A DNA stretch of 64,000 nt from a virus (IMGVR_UViG_3300017589_000271:3725-67724); one strand, 5' to 3'. Counted from the first letter of the stretch, positions 8,944-19,415 are shown. Program-made: numbers and translations. The notes: generated by a model not told the origin, from the sequence alone.

Positions 8944-9655
8944 TCACCCTTTCAAATTCATAAGTCCACACCCAAGGATTAGCTTCCCAACCGTATATAT
9001 CAAGGTATTGTTTTTTGATTGTACTATCCCATAAGGTTTCAAATTTTTCTAGACTAAAGTCATATGGCACAGGATTGTAGTGAGTGCCGAAATTGCTTGT
9101 TCCTTTTTCACAGACACCTTCTTTGTGGCATTCTTCGGTTGTTATATCCTGCAACCGTTCAACCTTCACCCCAGTAACACGAAGAAATATCCTTGCCGCT
9201 TCTTTTGGCATATGTATGGATGGGCGCCATTTAATAAATCCGTCACACCATTCGCACAAAATACAATTGTTTGTTTTATCATATGGTTCTGGACAACCCC
9301 ACTCATCAGATTTACCATTACATACACTATCTGCACGATAATAGAATATATCTTGTTTAGGGTGTTTTCTCCACGTTTCCCTCACATAGAGAATATCACC
9401 GACTTTGTATCGTGATTTACATTCAATAAACCGTCTTATTTTATGTCGTGACATTCCATTTTCAATTTTAATAGGCTCTGTGTATGGCTCTGTTTCACAC
9501 AATACATTGTTGTGCATTTCAAAAACACTATCACAATATTTAGGCTTAATTACTCGCCTTGTAACTGTTTTTCTATTATCCAATATAGCCTTAACCATTT
9601 CAGTATTAAACAAAATAGGCTTTGCTTTTGCTAGTATTTCTTGTCTATCCATCAT
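8930..9655 (-). CDS. ASCH/PUA-like phage protein
   Basis: KPILFNTEMVKAILDNRKTVTRR..GDILYVRETW..WRPSIHMPKEAARIFL..WEANPWVW, a conserved phage ASCH-like family. Confidence 0.8.
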   Translation of the reverse strand: MMDRQEILAKAKPILFNTEMVKAILDNRKTVTRRVIKPKYCDSVFEMHNNVLCETEPYTEPIKIENGMSRHKIRRFIECKSRYKVGDILYVRETWRKHPKQDIFYYRADSVCNGKSDEWGCPEPYDKTNNCILCEWCDGFIKWRPSIHMPKEAARIFLRVTGVKVERLQDITTEECHKEGVCEKGTSNFGTHYNPVPYDFSLEKFETLWDSTIKKQYLDIYGWEANPWVWTYEFERVNVDG

Positions 9656-9916
9656 TTTCTACCTCTATTCTTGATTATTGAAACTTTATTCATTTGCGCA
9701 TCAGCTTTGTTTTTTATCCAACCACCCAAAGTTCCTAATAGCGAAAACAAAAGTCCTACCACATACGGAACAAGCCATAAAAAATTAAAACAGAAAACTA
9801 TACAATATAAACTTTTTGATATTGATTTACAATGATTTTTTAAATAATTAATATTTTCTGCTCGGTTAGTAAATTCCTCTGTGCAAACAAAATACCCTTT
9901 TCTATCTTTGTAATAT

Positions 9917-10285
9917 TTATTTATCAGTTTTCACCTCACTTTCATATAGTTTAGGAAGTGGTTGCCAAGCGATTAAATCATAACCATTATTTATTTTCCA
10001 TTCGTCATAACAGTATTCTGCTGTGTCTACAATTTCCTTTCCACTCCAACCTCTTATTACTGTACATAGATAAATTCCATCTTTTTGTGGTTTTTCTTGT
10101 TCTGATACTGGTATCCATTTAGCTTGTGACAGTTCCAATATCTCTGCTTTTAATCGTGTAACTTCATCTGCTAAATCATTAGCACAATCGACAATATGAT
10201 AATTATCACTTGTTTGTTGTTGTTTCATAACTTTAGCAAATCCAATTGTTTCATCAATCGTTAGTTCTCTGTTAAATAATTTCAT
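9917..10285 (-). CDS. DUF551-like protein
   Basis: WIPVSE..P..YLCT...IAWQPLP. Confidence 0.7.
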   Translation of the reverse strand: MKLFNRELTIDETIGFAKVMKQQQTSDNYHIVDCANDLADEVTRLKAEILELSQAKWIPVSEQEKPQKDGIYLCTVIRGWSGKEIVDTAEYCYDEWKINNGYDLIAWQPLPKLYESEVKTDK

Positions 10286-10372
10286 CAGTTTTTACCTCGC
10301 TTTCCCATTATATCGTTGTAACATCTTTCGCAGATTACTAATTTATTTCTGTTGTTTTCATTATTATTCAAA

Positions 10373-10978
10373 TCATTTCACCTTTCTAGCATAAAAATAA
10401 TCATTGTATGCTTTGTATCTTGCTCTTATGTCCAACATATTTACATCTTTATTATTTGCAACAAAGTTATCCCAAAACCTCTGTTGACACTGTTCAAACT
10501 CTGGGCAGCCACACCGATATATGCAATTCGGAACAAGTGTATCAGCTACTTGTGGTTCGTAGGGTTTAATCTCTATTTTTAAATCTTCTGCATACTCTCG
10601 TGTTTCTCTTGAAGATTGATAACATAGTCTTTTCCTTGCCATATCAATTAAATGCTGGGCATTAGCTACACCATCCATATTTACTAGGGTATCTTGTGGC
10701 AACGTGTTCCTGTCTACTCCTGTACGGTCTGTACGTTGTGTTGAAACAAAGCACTCCCATTTATGCCTGCTAAAATGCACTGCTATCCACGACTTAATTC
10801 CTTTCCAACTCCAATCAACTTCTAATAGTCGAATAGGGGAATGTTCAGAAATAAGTAAATCTTCTTTAAATTTTGGTGTAACATTTTTATCTGAATAGTC
10901 TTTATTTACCGTTGTTCTGCATTTGTTTTTGATGTTTTTCCAATCACCAACTATTGAATTAATTTGTGTTTTACTCAT
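10373..10978 (-). CDS. ThyX/Thy1-like flavin-dependent thymidylate synthase homologue
   Basis: SEHSPIR, HFSRH..STQR, RKRLC..ETRE, LVPNC; the RHRx7S motif is divergent. Confidence 0.7.
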   Translation of the reverse strand: MSKTQINSIVGDWKNIKNKCRTTVNKDYSDKNVTPKFKEDLLISEHSPIRLLEVDWSWKGIKSWIAVHFSRHKWECFVSTQRTDRTGVDRNTLPQDTLVNMDGVANAQHLIDMARKRLCYQSSRETREYAEDLKIEIKPYEPQVADTLVPNCIYRCGCPEFEQCQQRFWDNFVANNKDVNMLDIRARYKAYNDYFYARKVK

Positions 10979-11288
10979 TGTTTACACCTCTTAAATCTTT
11001 ACCACAATTAGGGCAAAACAACGCTTTACAACCTGTATGTACCGTTTCCCACGTCATTTTACTACCACTCATAATAGCATATTCTTTGTTGCAAAAATCA
11101 CACCCTATCATTCGTTCTAACTTTTCAAGCAACACTATAATTTTGATTTCTTCAAGCATTATCTGTTTATTGAGTTTGATGGTTGAAGTTTCAGTACAGT
11201 TTTTAAGTTTATTCTTATAGTTATGTACTCTTGTTTTGCAACTCTCAATTGCTCGCCTTATCCATTCTTCTGTTATTTCAAAATTCAT
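10971..11288 (-). CDS. Hypothetical zinc-ribbon protein
   Basis: GCDFC...FCPNCGKDL. Confidence 0.6.
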   Translation of the reverse strand: MNFEITEEWIRRAIESCKTRVHNYKNKLKNCTETSTIKLNKQIMLEEIKIIVLLEKLERMIGCDFCNKEYAIMSGSKMTWETVHTGCKALFCPNCGKDLRGVNNE

Positions 11289-11539
11289 TTTTTACCCCAT
11301 TTCAAAAGTTGTCCGCACTCTCCACACCGTTTAGTTTCTTTTGTCAACTTAGCTGAACAACAAGGGCATAAATTCGCATAGTTTACACCTTGACATACAG
11401 AACGCTCTGTATCTTTATACATTGATTTTAAAGCTATGTTCATTGCTATATGTAGATGGCTAGTTTTTTCTTCTTTTTCGTGAATATGGTTAATTGTTTC
11501 TTTTTCAAAAAACTCAATAGCTTGTGCTATACTATTCAC
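11285..11539 (-). CDS. Hypothetical zinc-ribbon protein
   Basis: CPCC...CGECGQLLKW. Confidence 0.6.
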   Translation of the reverse strand: MNSIAQAIEFFEKETINHIHEKEEKTSHLHIAMNIALKSMYKDTERSVCQGVNYANLCPCCSAKLTKETKRCGECGQLLKWGKK

Positions 11540-11813
11540 TTTGTTTCACCTCTTGTTCTTCTTTAGGTGTATTCAATGCCCAACGCAACTGGTCTAGTAA
11601 ATCGTTTGTATGTAGTTGTAATTCTTCAAAGGTAGTTGAGTTCTTTATAAGTTCTTCGTATGTATTGATTGCTAGTTTTGCTACTGCATGACTACCCATT
11701 CTAAAGTCATGTAAGGTTTTATCTCGTTGAATTTTCGCTCTTTCGGCTGCCTTTTGATTAAGTATAGCTTCCTCTATTGCTGGTGTTGTTTGTTTTGGTA
11801 TATTTGATTTCAT
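11532..11813 (-). CDS. Hypothetical protein
   Basis: Packed in operon. Confidence 0.55.
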   Translation of the reverse strand: MKSNIPKQTTPAIEEAILNQKAAERAKIQRDKTLHDFRMGSHAVAKLAINTYEELIKNSTTFEELQLHTNDLLDQLRWALNTPKEEQEVKQSE

Positions 11814-11816
11814 AAT

Positions 11817-12005
11817 TTAATCCTCCTCTTTTGCACAATTTGGACACACTAAAATACTATCGTTGTCGCTCGTATTAATTAGTTCAACCGCATTGTCCTC
11901 ACATACCATCTGCCCACATATTGCACACTCAAGATGTGATGTGCAGAAGTTACAGGGTGCGTTAAGGTGGCAAGAACAACAATTCTCGCAAAAATCACAG
12001 TTCAT
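11817..12005 (-). CDS. Very Cys-rich small protein
   Basis: 12 Cys in 62 aa; AGAGAGG RBS. Confidence 0.55.
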   Translation of the reverse strand: MNCDFCENCCSCHLNAPCNFCTSHLECAICGQMVCEDNAVELINTSDNDSILVCPNCAKEED

Positions 12006-12008
12006 AAA

Positions 12009-12542
12009 TTAACCTCTCTTTTCATCAAAATAAGTTGCTTGCATATCGGCAAAATGTAAGTGAAATGCTAAAGGATATTTCTCAAATGCACTTGATACGT
12101 TGTTCCACGCTTTTTCGCCCTCGTAAGCTCCCATATGAAAACGGATTGCAACAGCTTCTTCAACTGTTAGTTTCATAAACCTTTCAATTAAGAAAACGGA
12201 CTTCTCACCATGCCCAAACGGAAACTTTTCATCATATGTATAGTAAGGTTGTTGTTCCCAAACACCGTTAACTTTGACGTTCTTTGTGTCTTGCTTGTAC
12301 ATTTTCGCCTTACAAATATCGTGAAGCGACGCACAAATTGCTCTAGTTTCTTGATTTTGGCACTCTAAACGGTTAAATACGTTAATGCTATGCTCACACA
12401 ATCCGCCCTCATATGCTCCGTGGTATTTCGTACTCGCAGGTGCAGTGAAGAAATCTGATTTTTCAAGCCATTCTAAAAGCTTGTCCGCTCCGTCACGTTT
12501 GATGTTAGCGTTGTATATTTCAATAAATTTTTCTTTACTCAT
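12009..12542 (-). CDS. HD-domain phosphohydrolase
   Basis: FFTAPASTKYH..GGLCEHS..LHDICK..GHGEKS..AIRFHMG..LHFAD. Confidence 0.9.
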   Translation of the reverse strand: MSKEKFIEIYNANIKRDGADKLLEWLEKSDFFTAPASTKYHGAYEGGLCEHSINVFNRLECQNQETRAICASLHDICKAKMYKQDTKNVKVNGVWEQQPYYTYDEKFPFGHGEKSVFLIERFMKLTVEEAVAIRFHMGAYEGEKAWNNVSSAFEKYPLAFHLHFADMQATYFDEKRG

Positions 12543-12569
12543 TTTTTTCTCCTTTCATATAAGCAGCCA

Positions 12570-13078
12570 TTAAACTGCTATTTTGTTTTTGATTTTCCCT
12601 AGCAAACGTGAAATTTGTCCTTGACTTATTCCTATTTTTATCGCAATTTGCGGTTGAGTTAGTCCTTTTATTTTTTGTAATAAAATTTCTTTTTCTCTTT
12701 CGCTTAGTTTTAAAATTGCACCGTTAAAAACAACTTTTGTTTCTATGCTGTTTTCTAAACAATAAGGACATTTAAGCATATTAGCTAATGTTAATTCTTC
12801 GTGTACTGGCTCGTCTCTAAACTTACAAATACAAAACCTTTATGCTTTTTGTTTTTTCTGTACTCCATTAAAATTTCATTCTGCATACATTTATATGCAA
12901 AGGTTGAAAAACAAACGTTTTTATCTTTATTGTATGCTCTTACAGCTTTGCAAAAACCATATGCAGATATTCCGTACCAATCATCTATTTCTAAATTGTT
13001 TTTTTGTAAAAAGCTATATATTAGATTATGGTTTTCAGTTGCAAATTGTTGTTGCTCTAACGTTAATTTTTTTAGCAT
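12570..13078 (-). pseudogene. Sigma-70 family (sporulation SigF/G/K-like) sigma factor split by a 2-nt insertion
   Basis: Region 2 (YGFCKAVRAY..FSTFAYKCMQNEI) lies in 12791..13078 and region 4 (LSEREKEI..GLTQPQIAIKIGISQGQISRL) in 12570..12779. Removing one GA from TTAGAGACGAG restores SLDEPVHEELTLANML. Confidence 0.85.
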
Positions 13079-13776
13079 ATTATCACTTCCTTTTTTGTAG
13101 CTTCGGTTAGCTTACTGTATATTTCTTGCTCGTTGCACATTGTATCAGAAAGATGTATTGCATAGATTTTTTTACACTTGCTAAGGTCTTGATTTTGCAA
13201 GAACTTTAAGGCAGTATTTAAACTCATATGTGAGTTGTAACGTCTGTTTTCAATTACAGATATACTTTTAACATTATCTACATCTTCGGTGTAGTTTGTT
13301 TCCACTAGGTAAATTTCACAAGGTGAAAAAGTGTTTTTAATGTACATACAATCCGTTGCAAAAAACAAGGTTTCTTTTGTTGCTGTGGAATAAATTAGAT
13401 AACCTAAGTTGGCGCAAGGAGTACTGTCAACATTGATATGTGGTAGGTCAAAAGGCACTATAACAAATGTTCCAATTTGAAATTGTTTTGAGTGGGATAT
13501 AGTTCTTATCCTATATCCCCTCAAATTTAGTGCATTTGCTGTGTCTTTGTGCATATAGCAGTTTATACCGTATCGGTCGGCTAAGTCGCTTATGGATAGG
13601 CTGTGGTCCCTGTGTGCATGACTTAATAAAACACCACTTATATTTGATAGTCCAAAGTCAAGTTTTGCTTGTATTTTCTTAATGTTGATACCTGCTTCAA
13701 GTAAAATTTGAGTTTGTCCGTCTGAGATACAGTAACAGTTACCGCTAGAGCCACTTGCTAAAACTTGAATATTCAT
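13072..13776 (-). CDS. Metallo-beta-lactamase fold nuclease (YycJ-like)
   Basis: LASGSSGNCY, SHAHRDH, TD, ETNY, SHMS, IHLS; adjacent to RecT. Confidence 0.9.
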   Translation of the reverse strand: MNIQVLASGSSGNCYCISDGQTQILLEAGINIKKIQAKLDFGLSNISGVLLSHAHRDHSLSISDLADRYGINCYMHKDTANALNLRGYRIRTISHSKQFQIGTFVIVPFDLPHINVDSTPCANLGYLIYSTATKETLFFATDCMYIKNTFSPCEIYLVETNYTEDVDNVKSISVIENRRYNSHMSLNTALKFLQNQDLSKCKKIYAIHLSDTMCNEQEIYSKLTEATKKEVIIC

Positions 13777-13784
13777 ATCATCAC

Positions 13785-14144
13785 CTATTCTGTATTAGCT
13801 TTGGTTTCACTGGTTGTGAAAGTTTCAATAACTCTTCCTTGTTCATCAAGTTTGCTAAATGTAAAACCACCTTTTTTTAGTTTTGGATAGTCGCTTTTTG
13901 AAATTATAGTGGCTTCTTTTTCTTTTGCCTGTTTAAAAATTTTTGTTGCATTTAAAAAGCTTTCGTTTACAAATCGGCTTATAGCTTCTTCTGAAAAGCT
14001 TTCTGAAAGGCCAGTTAAGTATGTAAACGCCGAAGCGTGCGTCAGCATTGCTATTGTATCTAGCGAACAGCAATTTGTTTCAATAATAAGCTGTTGGTTT
14101 TCGTTTTTTATAGTTACTTGTCCAGATTTGTCTTGGTTTCCCAT
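13785..14144 (-). CDS. Hypothetical protein
   Basis: TAATG coupling with RecT stop. Confidence 0.6.
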   Translation of the reverse strand: MGNQDKSGQVTIKNENQQLIIETNCCSLDTIAMLTHASAFTYLTGLSESFSEEAISRFVNESFLNATKIFKQAKEKEATIISKSDYPKLKKGGFTFSKLDEQGRVIETFTTSETKANTE

Positions 14145-15025
14145 TATGCTTTTACCTCGCTTTCATCAACTGCGTTCTCTTGAACCTCGCCAGTTTCTTC
14201 ATCTATAACGCTAAAATCAACCTCGATTTTATCCCCTGTATTTGCGTTTTCTTCAATTTCAATTTCGGCTGTTGCTTTTGCGATATCGTTATCGTTTTCT
14301 ATTGCATATTTTGTTACGATATTATGGTCATCAGATGAATTAATGATGTGTTTGCAAGTTCTACCTATTACTGTTTTACAAGCCATTTCAGCTGTGTATT
14401 GTGCGTGTGTTGACGCAGGTTTCAAATTTCCGTTATCGTCAAACGGTTTAGTCGGCGATTTCTTCCAAGCTTCTTGAATTTCTGCCATTGTCATTATAAT
14501 TGCATAATTATCGCCGTCTTGTTGCTTTACGATACAATAAACACCTATAATATTTGCTTTGTTGATGTCTTGGAATTTTTGTTTATGAGATTTAATATAT
14601 TTCTTACCGTCTTTAATCTCATAGTCAATTTCGTCACCCTCATAAATTGGTTGAGCAGAGAAGTCAATTACATTTTCATTTACCATCTTAGCAACGCATT
14701 CAGCTCCAAAATATGAACGCTGTGCAACAAGCTTGTCACCATATACTATGTAATATACTTGTGCTTTGTCGGGGTTTAAGCCTTGAACAACGGTCGTCAG
14801 CATTGCGTTTGCGATAGATACTTGTGTACATACATCTATTGCAGGCTTTCCGTTTCTGTCGGTGGTTTGTTGTATTTTAAGCCACGCAGCCTTTAAAGCG
14901 TTTTCCGGACTATAATTTTGTGGGACCACTAACTCCCCTTTATCTTGAAATTGTTTGATTTGTTTTAACACGCCCTCTTGTGTTTGTTTTGCAAGTGCTA
15001 AAGATGTAATTTGTTTTTCAGCCAT
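14144..15025 (-). CDS. recT: RecT-family ssDNA annealing protein
   Basis: SIANAM..QGLNP..YYIVYG..QRSYFG, EMACKTVI. Confidence 0.9.
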   Translation of the reverse strand: MAEKQITSLALAKQTQEGVLKQIKQFQDKGELVVPQNYSPENALKAAWLKIQQTTDRNGKPAIDVCTQVSIANAMLTTVVQGLNPDKAQVYYIVYGDKLVAQRSYFGAECVAKMVNENVIDFSAQPIYEGDEIDYEIKDGKKYIKSHKQKFQDINKANIIGVYCIVKQQDGDNYAIIMTMAEIQEAWKKSPTKPFDDNGNLKPASTHAQYTAEMACKTVIGRTCKHIINSSDDHNIVTKYAIENDNDIAKATAEIEIEENANTGDKIEVDFSVIDEETGEVQENAVDESEVKA

Positions 15026-15103
15026 TTGTTGTACCTCTTCTTTCGTTTATAAAATTGCTGTGGGGTACTTTTGCACCCCATTTACAGCAATATGTGTTAT
15101 GTA

Positions 15104-15817
15104 TTATTCGACGATTAAAACTTTATCTTCTTGAATTAAATCATCTAAACTTTCTTTCAAATAATTAGCAACATTATTCCTTGCTTCAAGTTTCCACGCT
15201 CCACCGTCTGCTTCAAATAAAGCTACCTGCCCACCGTCACGCAAACGAACTAGGAACTCACTCTCTGGTTGCTCAACTTCAAGGAATGTACGGTATGGAG
15301 TTAGGCGAACTCTTGGATTAACAACTTTATTGTCTTTTAATGCGATACCTTTTTTCACAACGACAGATTGAGTAAAACCATCATCAGTGGTCTTTAATGA
15401 GTTATCCTCTGTGATTGTTCCTAATAACTGTACAAGTTCCAATAAGCTAGGAGTTTGCTCATATTTAGATTTAAGAGCAATCATCATTGCTTCGTAACTC
15501 ATAAAATTATCAAAAGAAATTTGGGGTAATTCAGCAGCAGCAGTATATGGATATTCACGTTGTCTGTCGAAACAATTAATGGCGGAAAGCACATTGATTT
15601 TGTTATGGTCAATAACATTTATAATTACAGGACCATTATAGTTAGCAATTTCTTTTTTCAATGTATCGACAAGACCGTTAAGTGTTTTAAAGCTAACTGT
15701 TTCCACTGTTGGACCTTTAATAACCTGCAAGCTTTTATCCGTATATTTAAATCCGTTTTGCTCGCTTATGTTTGGTGCGCCTAAAGAAACGATTTTTTCA
15801 ATAGCTGATTTATCCAT
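15104..15817 (-). CDS. Conserved phage protein
   Basis: LTPYRTFLEVEQPESEFLVRL..ALFEADGGAWK; usually paired with the next gene in Firmicute phages. Confidence 0.8.
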   Translation of the reverse strand: MDKSAIEKIVSLGAPNISEQNGFKYTDKSLQVIKGPTVETVSFKTLNGLVDTLKKEIANYNGPVIINVIDHNKINVLSAINCFDRQREYPYTAAAELPQISFDNFMSYEAMMIALKSKYEQTPSLLELVQLLGTITEDNSLKTTDDGFTQSVVVKKGIALKDNKVVNPRVRLTPYRTFLEVEQPESEFLVRLRDGGQVALFEADGGAWKLEARNNVANYLKESLDDLIQEDKVLIVE

Positions 15818-16194
15818 TAGTAATTACCTCCAACTGCAAATTTTAAGATTTTAGGACTTTCTTGTTCCCCACCGTTTACATCAAATTGCCCTGGAATGTT
15901 TGGAACTAGTTCTGTTGCGATAAGCTCACCTGTTGCTGGGTTAGCACCAACATAAAGTGCTGTTTGAATTGCGTTGTTTGGTTGAAGTTTGCATTTTGCT
16001 GTTGCTTTGATTGTTACTTGTGTTCGGTCTGCGTTAGGCGCAAACTCGACCGTTAATGTTAGTTGTCTTTTCTTGCTAGGGTCTGTGTTTACGTCAAGAA
16101 TATTTTGAATGATTTTGCCAACCTCGATATCAGCTTGCTCCATTATTGCACCTTTTGCCATTTGTAGAATGCTTGCTTGTACTTGTTGTTCCAT
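15817..16194 (-). CDS. Conserved phage protein (often labelled replication terminator protein)
   Basis: GAIME..IIQNILDVNTDPSKKRQLTLTVEF. Confidence 0.75.
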   Translation of the reverse strand: MEQQVQASILQMAKGAIMEQADIEVGKIIQNILDVNTDPSKKRQLTLTVEFAPNADRTQVTIKATAKCKLQPNNAIQTALYVGANPATGELIATELVPNIPGQFDVNGGEQESPKILKFAVGGNY

Positions 16195-16324
16195 AATAAA
16201 TTACCTCTTTCATTTCTTTTTTTTATTTAAAATGCAATTGCACTTTAAGACTATTTGTTTTGAATTTTTAGCCATTTATCGTTTAGCCACATTCTTATTT
16301 TTTGATGCCTTTTTAGTTTAATGC

Positions 16325-16531
16325 CTAATAGTTTATATAGTAGTTTTGAATTGAAATTAACTCTACAAGAAAACGTTTGTTCTCTGTTTTACTGAAATCA
16401 GCTATTTTATTATCTGCTTCGTTTTTAGGTGAATTGTAAGTTACTAATGTTCCTTTGCCAAATTCAACTTTTCTATTGCCACAAAACAATGTAATATTTC
16501 CTTTGTCAAATTCACTTGTACTATCTTCCAT
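16325..16531 (-). CDS. Hypothetical protein
   Basis: AAGGAGG RBS. Confidence 0.55.
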   Translation of the reverse strand: MEDSTSEFDKGNITLFCGNRKVEFGKGTLVTYNSPKNEADNKIADFSKTENKRFLVELISIQNYYINY

Positions 16532-16547
16532 TTAGTTATCCTCCTTG

Positions 16548-16940
16548 CTAATCCACTCTATCAACACCAACAGGAAGCCACATTTTAGGGTTGAAGTTTA
16601 AAGTGTATTTGTACTTATCAACATTCTTATTTAGTTTCTGTTCAACTACATAGGTAACATTATCGCTTAAACCTACAAAGTGTTTTTGATACGTTCCGTT
16701 TTCATCTTCTACAATAACCTCTAATTGATTGTCCTCTGTGTCGGCAGTGATAGACAATTTACCAGTCATTTGGAATAACACATCACCATTGATACAGTTG
16801 ATAACTGTTAGTTGTCTAATGACATTAAAGTTGTCAGCTTCAAGAGAAAGATTGTGCGAAACTTTGTTAGCTTGCGATTGACAACTTGTTAAAGTCAGCA
16901 ACATTACTATCATTACTACTGTTACTATATATTTTTTCAA
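16548..16940 (-). CDS. Putative lipoprotein
   Basis: Signal peptide with lipobox LTSC; conserved VSHNLSLEADNFNV. Confidence 0.8.
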   Translation of the reverse strand: MKKYIVTVVMIVMLLTLTSCQSQANKVSHNLSLEADNFNVIRQLTVINCINGDVLFQMTGKLSITADTEDNQLEVIVEDENGTYQKHFVGLSDNVTYVVEQKLNKNVDKYKYTLNFNPKMWLPVGVDRVD

Positions 16941-16941
16941 T

Positions 16942-17307
16942 TTAATTACCCTCCTTTTCAGCTATCTGTTTTAGTGCTACAAAAGCACGATTATTCTTAA
17001 GTGGGCCACCTTGACACTCATATTTGCAAAACTCTAGTTGCTCTACAATTTTAGAAAGAGTATCGAAACTAGCTATTTCTTTTTCTGCAACTTTTAAACT
17101 CACGCCACAGTTTGAACAAAACTTATCATTATCCATCACATAACTTCCACATCTTGCACAGCTATCCATACAATTTTCACTTGCTTTTGCTTGTTCTTCC
17201 ACTTCGCTTACTAAACAAGGACATTGCCCGTACAATTCTTCTTCATTGCAGATTTCACATTCTTCTTCTGTACAAGTTCCCCCACATAGTTTTTTACTAC
17301 TTTTCAT
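16942..17307 (-). CDS. Cys-rich zinc-ribbon protein
   Basis: CARCG..KFCSNCG and further Cys clusters. Confidence 0.6.
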   Translation of the reverse strand: MKSSKKLCGGTCTEEECEICNEEELYGQCPCLVSEVEEQAKASENCMDSCARCGSYVMDNDKFCSNCGVSLKVAEKEIASFDTLSKIVEQLEFCKYECQGGPLKNNRAFVALKQIAEKEGN

Positions 17308-19415
17308 TATTGCTTGTCCTCACTTTCAATCTTTAATTCGTTGTATTGCGAACAGTAATCAGCTTTGGTAAAGTTATCTTGAACTTCTTTAGGCAAGCTT
17401 TCAAAACTTGGAGGAACAACAAGCTTTATCATTTGCGAATTAAGCTTGTATACATCTGTTACGCTCTCTGCATTGTCTACGAACACAGGTGGTGCAAATT
17501 TATAATGCTGTTGCAACGTAAAAATCACATCTAAGCCAATATTAATTTTCATTGCATTATTTAAGTCGCTGAAAGGAACACCCTCAACCACAACTTCGCA
17601 ACAATCTTCAATTCCACCATTTACAAGAGTGTTGAACAGCTTGAACTTAGCGATTTTGAATTTACTATTCACTTGCTCTGTAATTAAATCAACCTTTTTC
17701 TTAGTGAATAAATCACAATAATAAAGTTGTTTTTCTGTTTCTTCAAAAAGTTTAATGTAGTCTTTTTGTTGTACTTCATAATCAGAAATACGTTGTCTAG
17801 CAGATATATTTTGCTCGTCTTGAAGTGCAACTTTTGTATTTTTCTCCACTTCACTTCTAACGGTCTGTAAGGCTGATTTTAAGCGTTCTATTTCTTGGGT
17901 TAAATTTACCTTAGCGTTGGATAGTTCGCTTTCTGTGGCTTGAATTTGAGCCTGTAAGCTTGCTTTGTTTCCTGCGTAACCTTGTAGGTCGGTATATTCA
18001 ACAGTTATGTTTTTTAGTGCTTGTAGTTTGTCTGAAATTAACTTCTCTTGTGTAGTTAATGGTTGAAGCTGGTTATCAATGTTTTTTATTTCTTTTTCCA
18101 TTTTTAAAGCTTCTTCTTTTGCTAGTAAACGAAAGCTTGAAAGTTCTTTGCATTTTTTATTCTTATTATCATCAAAAGTCTTTTTAGCTTGTTCCAGTTG
18201 CTCTTGTGGGATTGGTTGATTACAAGTAGGACATACCGTTTCTAAATCATCTATCCTTTGCACATCAACAGCTATTTGCTCTTTTTTGTATCGTTCTTCA
18301 AGTTTTTTTTGAGTTTCCATCTCTCGTTGTAAATCTAGTTTTTTAGCTTTAAGTTGCTTAATATCTGTTAAGGTTTTGCTATATTTTTCTGTTAAGTTTT
18401 CTATTTCAACTTTGTTTTTATCACGCTGTTTATCCTCTTGCGTGTTTCTGTGTTGGTTATTCTCCCTTTCAAGGTTTGAAAGTTGAGTTTTAAGGTCTGA
18501 AAGTTGAGCATTCAGCTTAGAAATACTTGCTCCTGTTTGAACTTTGTTCAACTCTGTTTCAAGTTCTATTTGTTGTGGTTTTAATACTGCTAGATTTTCA
18601 CCTGCAAGCTTTAAATCAACTTCAATAATTGATAGTGAAGCTTCGTTTATTTTTGTTGGAATTAACTCAATTTCTTTATTGATTGACTTTCTTCGGTCTG
18701 CAAGAATTTTCTTAAATTCCTCAAAAGTTCGCTCACCCATTGCTTCGTGCAAGGTTTTATACCCTTTTAAGTTTGAAAGCGTTTCTTGTACTACTTTTAA
18801 CTTTGCCATTTCTCTTTCGTCAGTTGGGTTTTCTTGAAGTGAAGTAAGTGCATTTTTTAAACCTTGTTCAGCTTGTCCGTATGCACTTAGTAACTCTGTG
18901 AACATTTGGTTATCAGTAACATCACCGCATATTGTAAATAAAGTTTTTCTACGGTCCTGCCACTTAATATTTTGATTAAAATGTAAAGGGTTTGTAAGAA
19001 GCTTGAATACTTCTTCATCACATATCCCTTTTATGTATTCGTTGTACTCCGTTACCTTATAAGGTACTTCGTTGACATAGCAATATGTAACATCACCAGC
19101 ATAGGTTTCTTCCATTGCTCCACGTTTTCTAGTCCAGTTTTCCTTTAAAACTTTTTTTAACTCAACTGTTTTTTCGTTAATCTCGAATGTTCCTGTTACA
19201 GATACCTCTGTTCCTTTAGGCGCGTTGATTGGTTTAATGCTAAACTTGGTGTTGCTTTGGCTGTCTTTGCCGAATAACAAAAATAAAAATGCGTCATATA
19301 TTGTTGTCTTGCCTGTTCCGTTATTACCATATATCGTTGTATCGTTACCGTTAAGGGTAACTGTAAGCTGTGGAATTCCCTTGAAGTTCGTTAAAGTTAG
19401 GTTATTTATTTTCAT
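17307..19415 (-). CDS. SMC/Rad50-like coiled-coil ATPase
   Basis: Walker A GNNGTGKTT, coiled coils, zinc hook CPTC, Walker B VFVDNAES. Confidence 0.9.
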   Translation of the reverse strand: MKINNLTLTNFKGIPQLTVTLNGNDTTIYGNNGTGKTTIYDAFLFLLFGKDSQSNTKFSIKPINAPKGTEVSVTGTFEINEKTVELKKVLKENWTRKRGAMEETYAGDVTYCYVNEVPYKVTEYNEYIKGICDEEVFKLLTNPLHFNQNIKWQDRRKTLFTICGDVTDNQMFTELLSAYGQAEQGLKNALTSLQENPTDEREMAKLKVVQETLSNLKGYKTLHEAMGERTFEEFKKILADRRKSINKEIELIPTKINEASLSIIEVDLKLAGENLAVLKPQQIELETELNKVQTGASISKLNAQLSDLKTQLSNLERENNQHRNTQEDKQRDKNKVEIENLTEKYSKTLTDIKQLKAKKLDLQREMETQKKLEERYKKEQIAVDVQRIDDLETVCPTCNQPIPQEQLEQAKKTFDDNKNKKCKELSSFRLLAKEEALKMEKEIKNIDNQLQPLTTQEKLISDKLQALKNITVEYTDLQGYAGNKASLQAQIQATESELSNAKVNLTQEIERLKSALQTVRSEVEKNTKVALQDEQNISARQRISDYEVQQKDYIKLFEETEKQLYYCDLFTKKKVDLITEQVNSKFKIAKFKLFNTLVNGGIEDCCEVVVEGVPFSDLNNAMKINIGLDVIFTLQQHYKFAPPVFVDNAESVTDVYKLNSQMIKLVVPPSFESLPKEVQDNFTKADYCSQYNELKIESEDKQ

